A DNA stretch of 64,000 nt from a candidate division WWE3 bacterium UBA1401. GTDB taxonomy: Bacteria; Patescibacteriota; WWE3; UBA101185; UBA10185. The notes under the pieces were generated by a model. That model saw nothing but the letters and a program-made list of their open reading frames with translations, made no database searches and was not told the DNA's origin. A program made the position numbers and the translations under genes. Shown here piece after piece: positions 1 through 9,181 of this stretch. Where the stretch lies: positions 160,916 through 224,915 of the forward strand of contig DBQF01000001.1 of the NCBI GenBank assembly GCA_002305115.1. The letters run 5' to 3'. Position 1 is the stretch's first letter. The number at the start of each line of letters is the position of its first letter.

Positions 1-1146
1 GTTCCGAATAATAATCGCTCTATTGTAAGTTTTAAGTCTTTATTAACCTCCGAATCTATGAAAGCTGTAAAATCTAAGCTTGCTACAGTTATGGGTAAGG
101 ATGTAGGTGGCCAGACTGTTGTTTATGACATTGCGAAAATGCCACATATGTTAGTGGCAGGAGCAACCGGATCCGGCAAGTCTGTGTTTTTACACTCGCT
201 AATTTTTTCCATTTTGTACCGTGCGAGTCCTCAAGAATGTAAATTTATTTTTATAGACCCGAAAAGAGTCGAGTTAGTGCACTATAGAGATATTCCACAT
301 TTAATGTCTCCGGTGATAACCGAAATTGATAAAGCGGCTTCGGTATTTAAGTGGGCGGTTGTTGAAATGGAAAGAAGATATAAGTTGTTTGAAAGTGCCA
401 AGGCTCGAAATATTGATTCATACAATGAGAAATCCGGTTTCCAGGCGCTGCCTTATATTGTGATAGTTGTTGATGAGTTGGCGGAAATTATGGTGGCCGA
501 TCCGGCGGCTGTAGAAAAAAGTATTATCCGCATCGCTCAACTTGCTCGTGCTACTGGAATTCACTTAGTGCTATCTGTCCAAAGGCCCTCTACCAATGTT
601 ATTACAGGGTTAATAAAGGCTAATATACCATGCCGCGTGGCATTTAATGTGTCTAGCCAGGTTGATTCCAGAGTGATTATTGATCAGCCGGGTGCCGAAA
701 AGCTGTTAGGTAAAGGTGATATGTTATTTATGGCTCCTGATGCATCCAAACCTGTAAGACTTCAGGGATCTTATGTCTCAGATAAAGAAATTGCTAACTT
801 AGTTAGCTACTTGAAGGCCCAGGGTGTTTCACCAGAATATAAAGAAGAAGTGTTTGAAGCCGCTGAGAAGGCTGAGATGGCGGAAAAGAGTGTAGCTGCG
901 GGAGGTGAATCTGTTGACGATTTGTATGATGAAGCGGTGGAAGTAGTTGTTTCTGCCGGCAAGGCTTCTGCGTCTTTGCTGCAAAGAAGGTTGTCTATTG
1001 GCTATGCAAGGGCGGCGAGAATTTTAGATGAGCTAGAGGAGAATGGGGTTATTGGCGTAGCGCAAGGTAGTAAGCCTAGAGATGTGCTTATAAAGCCTGA
1101 AGATAATGGTTTTTCCTCTCCGATATCTGAGATTGATGGCTTTTAG
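1..1146 (+). CDS. ftsK: DNA translocase FtsK/SpoIIIE, C-terminal motor and gamma domains (5' end outside window)
   Basis: Frame 1 is open from base 1 into the 58..1146 ORF. Walker A GATGSGKS, Walker B IVVDELAE, LSVQRPS, and a C-terminal winged helix LLQRRLSIGYARAARILDELEENGVIG typical of the FtsK gamma domain. Confidence 0.9.
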   Translation, partial: VPNNNRSIVSFKSLLTSESMKAVKSKLATVMGKDVGGQTVVYDIAKMPHMLVAGATGSGKSVFLHSLIFSILYRASPQECKFIFIDPKRVELVHYRDIPHLMSPVITEIDKAASVFKWAVVEMERRYKLFESAKARNIDSYNEKSGFQALPYIVIVVDELAEIMVADPAAVEKSIIRIAQLARATGIHLVLSVQRPSTNVITGLIKANIPCRVAFNVSSQVDSRVIIDQPGAEKLLGKGDMLFMAPDASKPVRLQGSYVSDKEIANLVSYLKAQGVSPEYKEEVFEAAEKAEMAEKSVAAGGESVDDLYDEAVEVVVSAGKASASLLQRRLSIGYARAARILDELEENGVIGVAQGSKPRDVLIKPEDNGFSSPISEIDGF

Positions 1147-1173
1147 CAGCCAGTAGTCAGCAGTCATTTCCTG

Positions 1174-1182
1174 TGGTAAAAC
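1174..1182 (+). promoter_or_regulatory. extended -10 box for a leaderless transcript (RodZ-like gene)
   Basis: TGgTAAAAC ends 6 nt before ATG 1189. Confidence 0.45.
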
Positions 1183-1188
1183 CTACAT

Positions 1189-1881
1189 ATGAAAACAGTT
1201 GGCCAGACACTAAATCTGGAGCGTAAAAAAAGAAAACTAACTATAGAGAATATCCAAAAGGCAATTAAAATACATCCCAAATTTATAAAAGCCTTAGAAG
1301 AAGATGATTATACTGTTTTTGACGGTGAGGTTCACGCCAAAGGCTTCCTTAGAATCTATGCAGACTTTTTAGGTCTTCCTATTGATGAAATGCTTGCTCT
1401 ATGGCGCAGAGAGCATGCGCAACACTTCGAGACCACTGGGCTAAAAAAAGACCATAGTCGGTTTAGGGCTTTGCAGCCATCCAAAATTGTATTATCACCC
1501 ACACTACTTATCACCACACTTATAGGAGTTTTGTTATTAGTATTTTTTGGCTACCTTTACTATCAGTACAGACACTATGTGGGTGACCCTCAGCTTACTA
1601 TAACTCATCCTGACAATAACCAAATCGTAACCGATTCTGTAGTGGATATCACAGGTAAAACAGATATTGATGCGCAGATTTTTGTGAACAATCAGAAAGT
1701 ATTTCTTAACCCCGATGGCAGTTTCGCAGCTTCGGTTAATTTAAAAGAAGGCATTAATACATTAAGCATTCTTGCTGTAAATAAGCTTGAGAAACAAACT
1801 GAGGTAATTAGAACTATTATTCACCGTCCGCCCTCGCCAAGTGTTTCTGTGCCAGAATCTACTCCTTCTGTTGACGAGTAA
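1189..1881 (+). CDS. RodZ-like membrane protein (N-terminal HTH, one TM helix, C-terminal Ig-like domain)
   Basis: LTIENIQKAIKIHPKFIKALEEDDY and GFLRIYADFLGL match the RodZ/HTH_25 N-terminus. Hydrophobic LLITTLIGVLLLVFFGYLYY is followed by a beta-rich C-terminus. Confidence 0.65.
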   Translation: MKTVGQTLNLERKKRKLTIENIQKAIKIHPKFIKALEEDDYTVFDGEVHAKGFLRIYADFLGLPIDEMLALWRREHAQHFETTGLKKDHSRFRALQPSKIVLSPTLLITTLIGVLLLVFFGYLYYQYRHYVGDPQLTITHPDNNQIVTDSVVDITGKTDIDAQIFVNNQKVFLNPDGSFAASVNLKEGINTLSILAVNKLEKQTEVIRTIIHRPPSPSVSVPESTPSVDE

Positions 1882-1923
1882 AGCCATAGTTAGCTATACT
1901 TCTATCAGTTAGAAAAACTGCCC

Positions 1924-2202
1924 ATGGATTTACAAGTAATTCTTATTTTTATACTCGCCTTGCTTACTATCAATCTTCTTATTGTCAGTTTTTACATTTT
2001 AACTGTACTAAAAGAAGTTAAGACCTCCATGCGCAAGATAACCGGTGTGGTTGAGAGCATTTCGGAATTCGGCGCGAATGTATCGAGACCTTTGGGTAGC
2101 GTTGTTAGTTTAATTCTTAGTCTTGTTGAAGGTTATAAGACTGTGCAATCAATTAAGTCTTTGCATGAAGATGAAAGGGGGTTTAATGGCAAAAGAAGAT
2201 AA
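1924..2202 (+). CDS. small N-terminally anchored membrane protein (DUF948-like)
   Basis: 92-aa ORF with TM helix ILIFILALLTINLLIVSFYIL followed by an amphipathic region. It lies directly upstream of a YtxH-like gene, a pairing known from Firmicutes. Confidence 0.45.
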   Translation: MDLQVILIFILALLTINLLIVSFYILTVLKEVKTSMRKITGVVESISEFGANVSRPLGSVVSLILSLVEGYKTVQSIKSLHEDERGFNGKRR

Positions 2203-2542
2203 TCAATCTTCACATTTCTTACTTGGTGTTGGTATTGGTGCAATTCTAGGGCTTCTGTTTGCACCTGCGCCGGGTAGGGAGACACGAAAAAAGCTGAAAG
2301 ATCAGGCAACTTACTTATATGATAAGGGTAGTGACGTATGGGAAGAGGCAGCTCTTACTTACGAGGTGACAAAAGACAGGGTTGAGCCTGTGGTAAAAGA
2401 GTTTATAGACGAAGTCAGCCCTTATTTTGAGGAATTGGGTGAAAGGGCCGAGCCTTATAAGCGGGAGTTGGCAGTGAAGGTGAAGGAGTTTGTTAGGAAA
2501 GACTTGGGGAAGGAATTAGAGAAGTTGCGCAAGACAGTGTGA
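2186..2542 (+). CDS. YtxH domain protein
   Basis: MAKEDNQSSHFLLGVGIGAILGLLFAPAPGRETRKKLKDQ is the YtxH signature. A GGGGG SD precedes ATG 2186. The longer 2123 start overlaps the previous gene by 80 nt and was not used. Confidence 0.6.
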   Translation: MAKEDNQSSHFLLGVGIGAILGLLFAPAPGRETRKKLKDQATYLYDKGSDVWEEAALTYEVTKDRVEPVVKEFIDEVSPYFEELGERAEPYKRELAVKVKEFVRKDLGKELEKLRKTV

Positions 2543-2566
2543 GCCAAGCTATGCTAACATTTATCC

Positions 2567-2866
2567 ATGAGCGTAACCCTGCCTAAAGGCGAAGGAGCTG
2601 TGTCAGTTCCAGAAACTGGTTCTGGAACAATTATTCCTGAAGAGCCCTCTGAACAGGCTGTTGAAGCTATAGGTACTTCTGTTAGCAAAGCCGCAAATGT
2701 TAAAAATGATTCAGAAAGTTCTCCTAAAGAAGCCATTTCAGCACTTGTAGATCAAACAACAGAAGAAGTACCAGAAGACACCCCCGTTGAAGAAGGTGAC
2801 CCTTTCAACGAGGACAGTAACAAAAATGAGCAAATGTTTAGGGAACAAGTGATGCAAATTCACTAA
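2567..2866 (+). CDS. acidic, low-complexity hypothetical protein
   Basis: 99-codon ORF ending 1 nt before the ATPase ATG. It is Glu/Pro/Ser/Thr-rich and probably disordered. Coding status is uncertain. Confidence 0.35.
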   Translation: MSVTLPKGEGAVSVPETGSGTIIPEEPSEQAVEAIGTSVSKAANVKNDSESSPKEAISALVDQTTEEVPEDTPVEEGDPFNEDSNKNEQMFREQVMQIH

Positions 2867-2867
2867 A

Positions 2868-5279
2868 ATGAATCCGAGTAATTTTAGTCAAGTTGGATAT
2901 GTAGCCATGTGGCTCACCATCTATGGCATAATCCTAATTGCCTTCCTTGGAGGTATAATTGCTTTCATCATCTCCGGCTACCGCAAGCGCAACGAAAAAC
3001 TTCGCCAATACAACGTCACCTTTTTACACATCAAACTTCCCCCACAGAATGAAATAGAAATAAAAGCCGCCGAGCAATTCTTCGGAGGCCTAATGAGTAT
3101 CAAAAAAAGCTGGTGGCAAGCCTTATGGACAGGCAGAAACCGCGTATCATTTGAAATTGTTTCTAAGGCCGAAGGCATTGGTTTTTATGTAGTTGTGCCT
3201 GACGAACTTGCTTTACTTGTGGAAAAACAAATAAACGGAGCTTATCCTCAGGCCGAAATTGACATTATTAATCCAAATGAAATCTGGGATAGAGGTAAGT
3301 ATACCGCTATAGCGGAATTTAAGTTAAGCGGTGCCCCATATTATCCTATTAAGGTTTATGAAGACCTTCAGGCAGATCCACTAAGCGCGTTAACCTCTAC
3401 TTTAGGGAAATTAGGTGATAACGAGGTTGTGGCTATTCAATTTGTTATTCAGCCCGCTGATAATAGTTGGCGTAGATATGGCAGTAAATTTGTTTCCGAT
3501 GTTAAAGCAAAAGGCTCCGATCCAGAAAAGAAAGTTGCAATAGACACTTCGTTTCTGGAAGGGGTGGAAAAGAAAATTGCTAAACCGGGCTTTAATGTCC
3601 GTGTACGTGTAGTTTCTATTTCGGAGACATATATGCAAGCAGCTTCTCATATTGATAATGTGGCTTCAGCTTTTGAGCAGTTCACAGAGGTTAAATACAA
3701 TAGCTTTAAAAAAACCAAGCCCTTATCTTCCAAAAAATTTATACATGACTTTATTTATAGAAAAGTTGCTAATAAAGAAATATATATTCCGATTTTTGAA
3801 ATTCCTTTGTACCGGAATACTTCGGTGCTCAACATAGAAGAAATGGCCACAGTTTTCCATTTTCCAAATAAAGAAATTCAAACGCCCAACATTATCTGGC
3901 TTACCGCGCGGAAGTCCTCTGCTCCCACAGATTTACCCACTGCCGGGCTTTACTTAGGTAAAAATGAGTATAGAGGTGTTTCAAAAAAGATATTTATGCT
4001 GGAAAAAGATAGAAGCAGGCATCAGTATATCATTGGGCAGACAGGTACAGGAAAATCTGAATTCATGAAGTCTTTGGCAGTGCAAGATATATACAATGGT
4101 GAAGGTTTGGCTTTTATAGACCCGCACGGCAGTGATATAGATGACTTGCTGGAAAAAATTCCTGAATCCCGAATGGAAGATGTCATTTTGTTTGATGCCT
4201 CCGATAACCGAAGACCGCTGGGGCTTAATATTCTTGAAGCAAAGTCTGAAGAACAAAAGCACATGATCATTAATGCTTTTATAGCTTTGCTTTACAAGCT
4301 CTATGACCCAAATAGAACAGGCATTATGGGGCCGAAGCTTGAGCGTGCTATCAGAAACGTTATGCTTACAGCTATGGCAATAGAAGGAAGTACCTTAGTA
4401 GATGTACTTAGGCTTCTGATAGACCAAAAATATGTACAGACCTATTTACCTAAGGTAACAGACCCGCTAGTAAAGCGTTATTGGACGGATGAAGTTGCCC
4501 AGACCAGTGATTTCCATAAAAGCGAAACCATGGGCTACTTTGTGTCAAAATTCGACCGATTTGTAACCGACGCTACTATGCGCAGAATTTTAGGCCAGCC
4601 AAAAACTGCCTTTGATTTTGGCGATATCATGGCCACTAGAAAAATTTTGCTGGTGGATTTGTCCAAGGGTAAAATTGGGGAAGAAAACTCGAACTTTCTT
4701 GGATTGGTTTTAGTGCCCAAAATTCTTGCCGCCGCCTTAAGCAGAGCTACGCTTTTAGGTAAAGAAGAATTTCCGAATTTTTACTTGTACGTGGACGAAT
4801 TCCAAAACTTTGCCACACCAGATTTTGCCACTATTTTGTCTGAAGCCCGTAAGTATAAGCTAAACCTTATTGTGGCGCATCAGTTTATAGAACAGTTGTC
4901 GGAGGACATTCGTGATGCAGTGTTTGGTAACGTTGGCACGATAACTACTTTCAGGGTTGGTGCCGATGACGCGGAGTATCTGGAGCATCAGTTTGAGCCT
5001 ACGTTTACGGAAAGTGATTTGATCAACTTATCTGTTGGCAATTGTTATGCAAGACTATTGGTGAATGGCCAGCCGTCTGCGCCGTTTTCCCTAAGAGTAG
5101 ATTGGGAAAGCATTAATGCCACTGCTAAGAACCCGGATGTAGCAGCCAGGATCAGAGAATTGTCGAGGACAAAGTATGGAACTTCGGTGGAAGAAGTGGA
5201 AGAATATATTAATAAGCGTGCCGGGTTTGATGAGGTTCCCCAGCCAGTAAGTTTTCCTAAAAAGCCTCTACCTTTTTAA
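2868..5279 (+). CDS. VirD4/TraG/TraD-type coupling-protein-like ATPase (FtsK-HerA superfamily), membrane anchored
   Basis: N-terminal TM helix and an uncharacterised domain of about 330 aa. This is followed by Walker A GQTGTGKS, Walker B FYLYVDEFQNF and LIVAHQFIEQL, the layout of type IV coupling proteins. Confidence 0.7.
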   Translation: MNPSNFSQVGYVAMWLTIYGIILIAFLGGIIAFIISGYRKRNEKLRQYNVTFLHIKLPPQNEIEIKAAEQFFGGLMSIKKSWWQALWTGRNRVSFEIVSKAEGIGFYVVVPDELALLVEKQINGAYPQAEIDIINPNEIWDRGKYTAIAEFKLSGAPYYPIKVYEDLQADPLSALTSTLGKLGDNEVVAIQFVIQPADNSWRRYGSKFVSDVKAKGSDPEKKVAIDTSFLEGVEKKIAKPGFNVRVRVVSISETYMQAASHIDNVASAFEQFTEVKYNSFKKTKPLSSKKFIHDFIYRKVANKEIYIPIFEIPLYRNTSVLNIEEMATVFHFPNKEIQTPNIIWLTARKSSAPTDLPTAGLYLGKNEYRGVSKKIFMLEKDRSRHQYIIGQTGTGKSEFMKSLAVQDIYNGEGLAFIDPHGSDIDDLLEKIPESRMEDVILFDASDNRRPLGLNILEAKSEEQKHMIINAFIALLYKLYDPNRTGIMGPKLERAIRNVMLTAMAIEGSTLVDVLRLLIDQKYVQTYLPKVTDPLVKRYWTDEVAQTSDFHKSETMGYFVSKFDRFVTDATMRRILGQPKTAFDFGDIMATRKILLVDLSKGKIGEENSNFLGLVLVPKILAAALSRATLLGKEEFPNFYLYVDEFQNFATPDFATILSEARKYKLNLIVAHQFIEQLSEDIRDAVFGNVGTITTFRVGADDAEYLEHQFEPTFTESDLINLSVGNCYARLLVNGQPSAPFSLRVDWESINATAKNPDVAARIRELSRTKYGTSVEEVEEYINKRAGFDEVPQPVSFPKKPLPF

Positions 5280-5282
5280 CTT

Positions 5283-7931
5283 ATGTCTAATGAGGGTCTA
5301 CAAGATAATACCGGTAACGAACAAGCACATGCCCCTGAGGCATTTACGCCTGAGCCATTTAAGCCCGTGGAACACATTACTGTTTCTGAAGTAGCTGCCG
5401 CTTGTAAGGCCAGTTACGAAAAACTAGACAGGTATTTACCTGAAGGAGCTATAAAAGAAAGGTTATCAACACTTGTTGGTTCGTTAGAAGTCCGAATGGC
5501 TGATCTTAACCCATTTGCAGAAGCTGCTCGACATAAAGAAGTAGCACACGATCCTGTTGAGGGATATGTTTATCAAGGGTTTAAGGCTGAAACCAGAGAA
5601 ACTCTGGTACTCCTGCGTGCCATGGCTGAAGGTGTTTCAGAGGCTCAGAATCCTGAACATTCAGCAAAGTTAGCCATTCTAGCCATGGAAGCAGCGTGCA
5701 CCAGGAACTTGGTTGCCCGTGAAGCAGCCCGTGAATACGGTTTGGCTGAGCCAAGTGTGGAGCGTTTCCTGGATAATTTCGCACCCATGCAATTTCGCAG
5801 GTATGTGGATGGAAGAGATGGTCGCGCTAATAATGCTTATGCAGCTGAATTCTTAGAAAAAGGCAGGCATGTTAATAGAGTAGAGACAGTTAAGCGTGTG
5901 CAAGAAAGGGCTGTTGCCCGGGCAACTACTATTGGCAACTTACTTAAAGAATTTGATGTGACGCTAAAGGAGTTACCACCGGATAACTACAGATGGGAAA
6001 GATCAGTTACCGTAGAAGTAGATAACACACCCGAACCGGCAGCAGCACAGGTTGCTCCTGAGCAAGATGTTTCTGCCAACCCCTGGAGAGCGTGGGAAGC
6101 AGAAGTTCCTATGACTAGTGCTAATGTTATCGACGCTGCCGGACCAAGCCCTGATAGGGTTAGAACGCTCATTGGTGACAGGGGTCGAAGACCTAGCATT
6201 TATCTGGAAACTAGAAAGGCACGAGCTCGTAAAGATTTTCCAAACGGAGGTAGTGAAACTCGCAACGTTAAGGTAGTACAGTCAACGGTTAGGCAGTACG
6301 TGGCTTTAAGTAAACTTAGGGGTTTATCAGAAGGGGAGGCTTTTTTTGAAAGGGAACAGTTGGTTCCGGTAGCTGTTTTTGATGTCAATGCCCGTAATGT
6401 TGAAAAAGTTAATGACTTTTTGGAGCAATTGGACGCTGCAAGAGCTTCTGCAGACGGTCATTACTATTATATTCCTGTTGTTTCCGGGAGAGAAAAGAAA
6501 TGGCTGAAGGTAACAGATATTTATCGAAATAACTTAGTAAATTCCCTAAAAGAAAGCAGGAACAGTTTTGAACAGGCAGGGTTTAAAGATACTCGCAATA
6601 GAACTAGGCGTACTACATCCGCGCAAGCTGCTCAACCTGCACGTAGTAGTACGACAGTAACAAGTGGTTTTAATGAAATCGCATGTGATGAGAATAGCGC
6701 TATTGATATTTTGCGTATGGCAAATGATTTGTATGAAGGGTTTAATAGTTCGATGCGTTCATTGAGTTTGACTGGTAATGAAAAGGAACAGTTGAAAGAG
6801 CAGAGGGATGCTGCTGTGGCCGAACTACAAGAGCTTTCGGCCAGATACGGCAAGTTGAGTATGTACGAAGGCAAGGCAATCCAGTACCTAAATGACAATA
6901 AGAGTAATATTACTGAAGCAGCTATTAGGGCATTGGTAATAGAGTATATTGAGGAGGATAGCGCACGGTTGGCTGCGTATAGAATGTGTATGAAGGAGTT
7001 TTTGGAATTACTGCGCGATGTGGTGGGTGATGAAAAGATCAAACCAGAGCTTGAGAAACTTTTAAGTGTTTTTAAATCTACAGTAACTGAGAGATCTAGG
7101 CTGATTAAAAAAGGTACTGACCTAAATACTTCCCAAGATACCACTGGTTCAGATGAGTTACGCACTACTGAGCAGGAAGCTTTCCGAGATGAAGCCCTTG
7201 GTGTGTGCCAGAATGTTTTTGATGAGTTATCAGCAAAAATGTCGGCAGGAGTTAGAAACACCTTTGCCGATTCCCTCAAGAAGTATCTACTCTTTGGTAG
7301 AGTGAATACTGATCCGAGTTATGACCTTATCTCAGGTAGAGGTTCTTTTAGCTCTGTACAGGCAGGTGAGCGTAGTGTAAAAGAAATTTGGAGTGGTGGT
7401 GAAAGAACACTTGCACTGACGGATACAGGGCATGCAACTGTTATAGCCAGAGAAACTATGGGCGACTCAAATCAAGAAGTCATGTTTGAGTTTGATCCCT
7501 CAACTGGTGAATTTAGACAACGAACTGAATTCAACAACATACCATTTCATGCGAATGCTGTACCTGAGTGGGTAAGAGACGCTACATATAGTGTTTTTGG
7601 CGACCGTACTGTACCTGATCTTAAAATGCATGCAGATATATTCGTAATAGGAAGAAATTCTGAAGGTGCTGAGGCTAGTGCTACGTATGAGATTATTAAT
7701 AAACTAGAAGACCCCAAAGGTATCGTGAGATACCAAAAACTTACGTGTACAGATTCGATAGCTAGAAATGGAGTTGAAAAAAACATAGGATTTGTTGAAA
7801 GTGAAGATCTTGATGCAGCCCCAAATATGTGGTTTTCAAATATAGATACTAAACGAGGGTGGCTCAATGAGCTTGTTGAGCGAGTGACGCAAGAAGCAAA
7901 CGCTTATGTGCAAGAAGATGCGGCTTCTTGA
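5283..7931 (+). CDS. large orphan protein (882 aa), function unknown
   Basis: Uninterrupted ORF starting 3 nt after the ATPase stop. Ala/Glu/Arg-rich N-terminus, Ser/Thr/Arg-rich linker RNRTRRTTSAQAAQPARSSTTVTSG, coiled-coil-like middle, beta-rich C-terminus. I can assign no motif. Confidence 0.6.
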   Translation: MSNEGLQDNTGNEQAHAPEAFTPEPFKPVEHITVSEVAAACKASYEKLDRYLPEGAIKERLSTLVGSLEVRMADLNPFAEAARHKEVAHDPVEGYVYQGFKAETRETLVLLRAMAEGVSEAQNPEHSAKLAILAMEAACTRNLVAREAAREYGLAEPSVERFLDNFAPMQFRRYVDGRDGRANNAYAAEFLEKGRHVNRVETVKRVQERAVARATTIGNLLKEFDVTLKELPPDNYRWERSVTVEVDNTPEPAAAQVAPEQDVSANPWRAWEAEVPMTSANVIDAAGPSPDRVRTLIGDRGRRPSIYLETRKARARKDFPNGGSETRNVKVVQSTVRQYVALSKLRGLSEGEAFFEREQLVPVAVFDVNARNVEKVNDFLEQLDAARASADGHYYYIPVVSGREKKWLKVTDIYRNNLVNSLKESRNSFEQAGFKDTRNRTRRTTSAQAAQPARSSTTVTSGFNEIACDENSAIDILRMANDLYEGFNSSMRSLSLTGNEKEQLKEQRDAAVAELQELSARYGKLSMYEGKAIQYLNDNKSNITEAAIRALVIEYIEEDSARLAAYRMCMKEFLELLRDVVGDEKIKPELEKLLSVFKSTVTERSRLIKKGTDLNTSQDTTGSDELRTTEQEAFRDEALGVCQNVFDELSAKMSAGVRNTFADSLKKYLLFGRVNTDPSYDLISGRGSFSSVQAGERSVKEIWSGGERTLALTDTGHATVIARETMGDSNQEVMFEFDPSTGEFRQRTEFNNIPFHANAVPEWVRDATYSVFGDRTVPDLKMHADIFVIGRNSEGAEASATYEIINKLEDPKGIVRYQKLTCTDSIARNGVEKNIGFVESEDLDAAPNMWFSNIDTKRGWLNELVERVTQEANAYVQEDAAS

Positions 7932-7975
7932 GTAGACATAAATAAACCACGCCTATTTATTGTATAATCACCTAA

Positions 7976-9181
7976 ATGCCAATACTGCCATTTGGTAAAA
8001 AATCCAGACCTCTTGACCACTTTCTTGCCATAGAAACAGACACTGCCGGCGTAAAATGCGTTGCTTTCCAAGCTTATACCAACCTTGAAGACCTTCCCAC
8101 AGCCAAAATAGTTGGCATTAGCCATAAAGTTGCCACTACCCCTTTAGTAAATTCTGCTCAAACCCTAGATTTGCTAACCGACTGTGTTGCCGACTGCCTT
8201 ACCAATCTAGACAGGCCAACTAAAAAAGTATTGGTTGGGTTAAAGGGTGAACACAGCTTTGGTTTTACTACTAGAACCAGAGTAGGAAGAAACACTCAAA
8301 CCCCTGTAACAAGAAAAGAACTGGAGCACATGTTCCAAAAAACTTTAGATATAGCCTATACAAAAGCACAAGCAGAACTATTCCAGCAAACCGGAAAAGC
8401 CAATGACAAGTTGGAACTACTCAATTCTTCAGTTATTTATACGAAAGTTGACGGCAACCCTATACTTAATCCCATAGGTCAGGAAGCTTCCACTTTGGAA
8501 ATGGCAATTTTTACTTCTTACTGCCCAAAGTATATACTCAGAAAAATAAAAAAGCTTTTTGCTAAAGCCCACCTTTCTATAGAGCTTATTGGGCTAGATT
8601 TACATTCACTGTCTGGTTTACTGGAAAAATCAGATTTGGAAAACACAAATTACTTAATTATTGATATGGGCTCTGATTGTACATCTGTGGGAGTAGTTTT
8701 TGGTAAAGCTTTAGTCGCAACCAAATCACTGCCAATCGGCCGAAATCACTTTGTTAAAGAACTAAGCCAAAACTTAGGTATAACCTTTGAAGATGCCTCC
8801 ACTATGCTCAGGGACTATAGCCGCAGTAAACTTAGCGAGAGCGAAAATATGGTAATCCGCAATTTGTTGGAAACGGTTTTAGAACTTTGGCTTACTGGCA
8901 TGGAGCTTTTGTTTTCGGAATTTTCGGGCATAAAAACATTTGCGGCAAAGATTTATCTGGTGGGTGAGGGTTTTGATGTTTCAGACATTTATGAATTTAT
9001 TGTGACCGAGCCTTGGACTAAGTCCATTCCGTTTAAAGAACCACCGGAATTTAGCAAAATAGATTTAGCCGAACTTCCCGGTATATCCGACACTACTGGT
9101 AAAGCTTCAACTTTAAGTTGGTTGGCTATTGCTAGTTTGGCGCACTTAATTGTAGAGGACACATCTTATGACAAGGATTGA
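7976..9181 (+). CDS. actin-fold ATPase of the FtsA/PilM family
   Basis: IETDTAGVKCVAF (phosphate-1-like) and IIDMGSDCTSVGVVFGKALVATKSLPIGRNHFVKELSQNLGITFEDASTMLRDY resemble FtsA/PilM. TGTATAAT lies 7 nt upstream of the ATG. Confidence 0.6.
   Translation: MPILPFGKKSRPLDHFLAIETDTAGVKCVAFQAYTNLEDLPTAKIVGISHKVATTPLVNSAQTLDLLTDCVADCLTNLDRPTKKVLVGLKGEHSFGFTTRTRVGRNTQTPVTRKELEHMFQKTLDIAYTKAQAELFQQTGKANDKLELLNSSVIYTKVDGNPILNPIGQEASTLEMAIFTSYCPKYILRKIKKLFAKAHLSIELIGLDLHSLSGLLEKSDLENTNYLIIDMGSDCTSVGVVFGKALVATKSLPIGRNHFVKELSQNLGITFEDASTMLRDYSRSKLSESENMVIRNLLETVLELWLTGMELLFSEFSGIKTFAAKIYLVGEGFDVSDIYEFIVTEPWTKSIPFKEPPEFSKIDLAELPGISDTTGKASTLSWLAIASLAHLIVEDTSYDKD

Noticed and set aside
2868-5279. Conjugative element or complete type IV secretion system
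   Set aside because: Only a coupling-protein-like ATPase is present. No VirB4, VirB6 or VirB8-11 genes, relaxase, integrase or oriT-like repeat was recognised in the window.
6632-7279. 215-aa minus-strand ORF, plus other antisense ORFs inside the 882-aa gene (5581-5784, 5987-6199, 6200-6388, 7547-7867)
   Set aside because: They are fully nested antisense to a much longer uninterrupted ORF. They are Ser/Leu-rich and low in complexity, with no start context or motifs.
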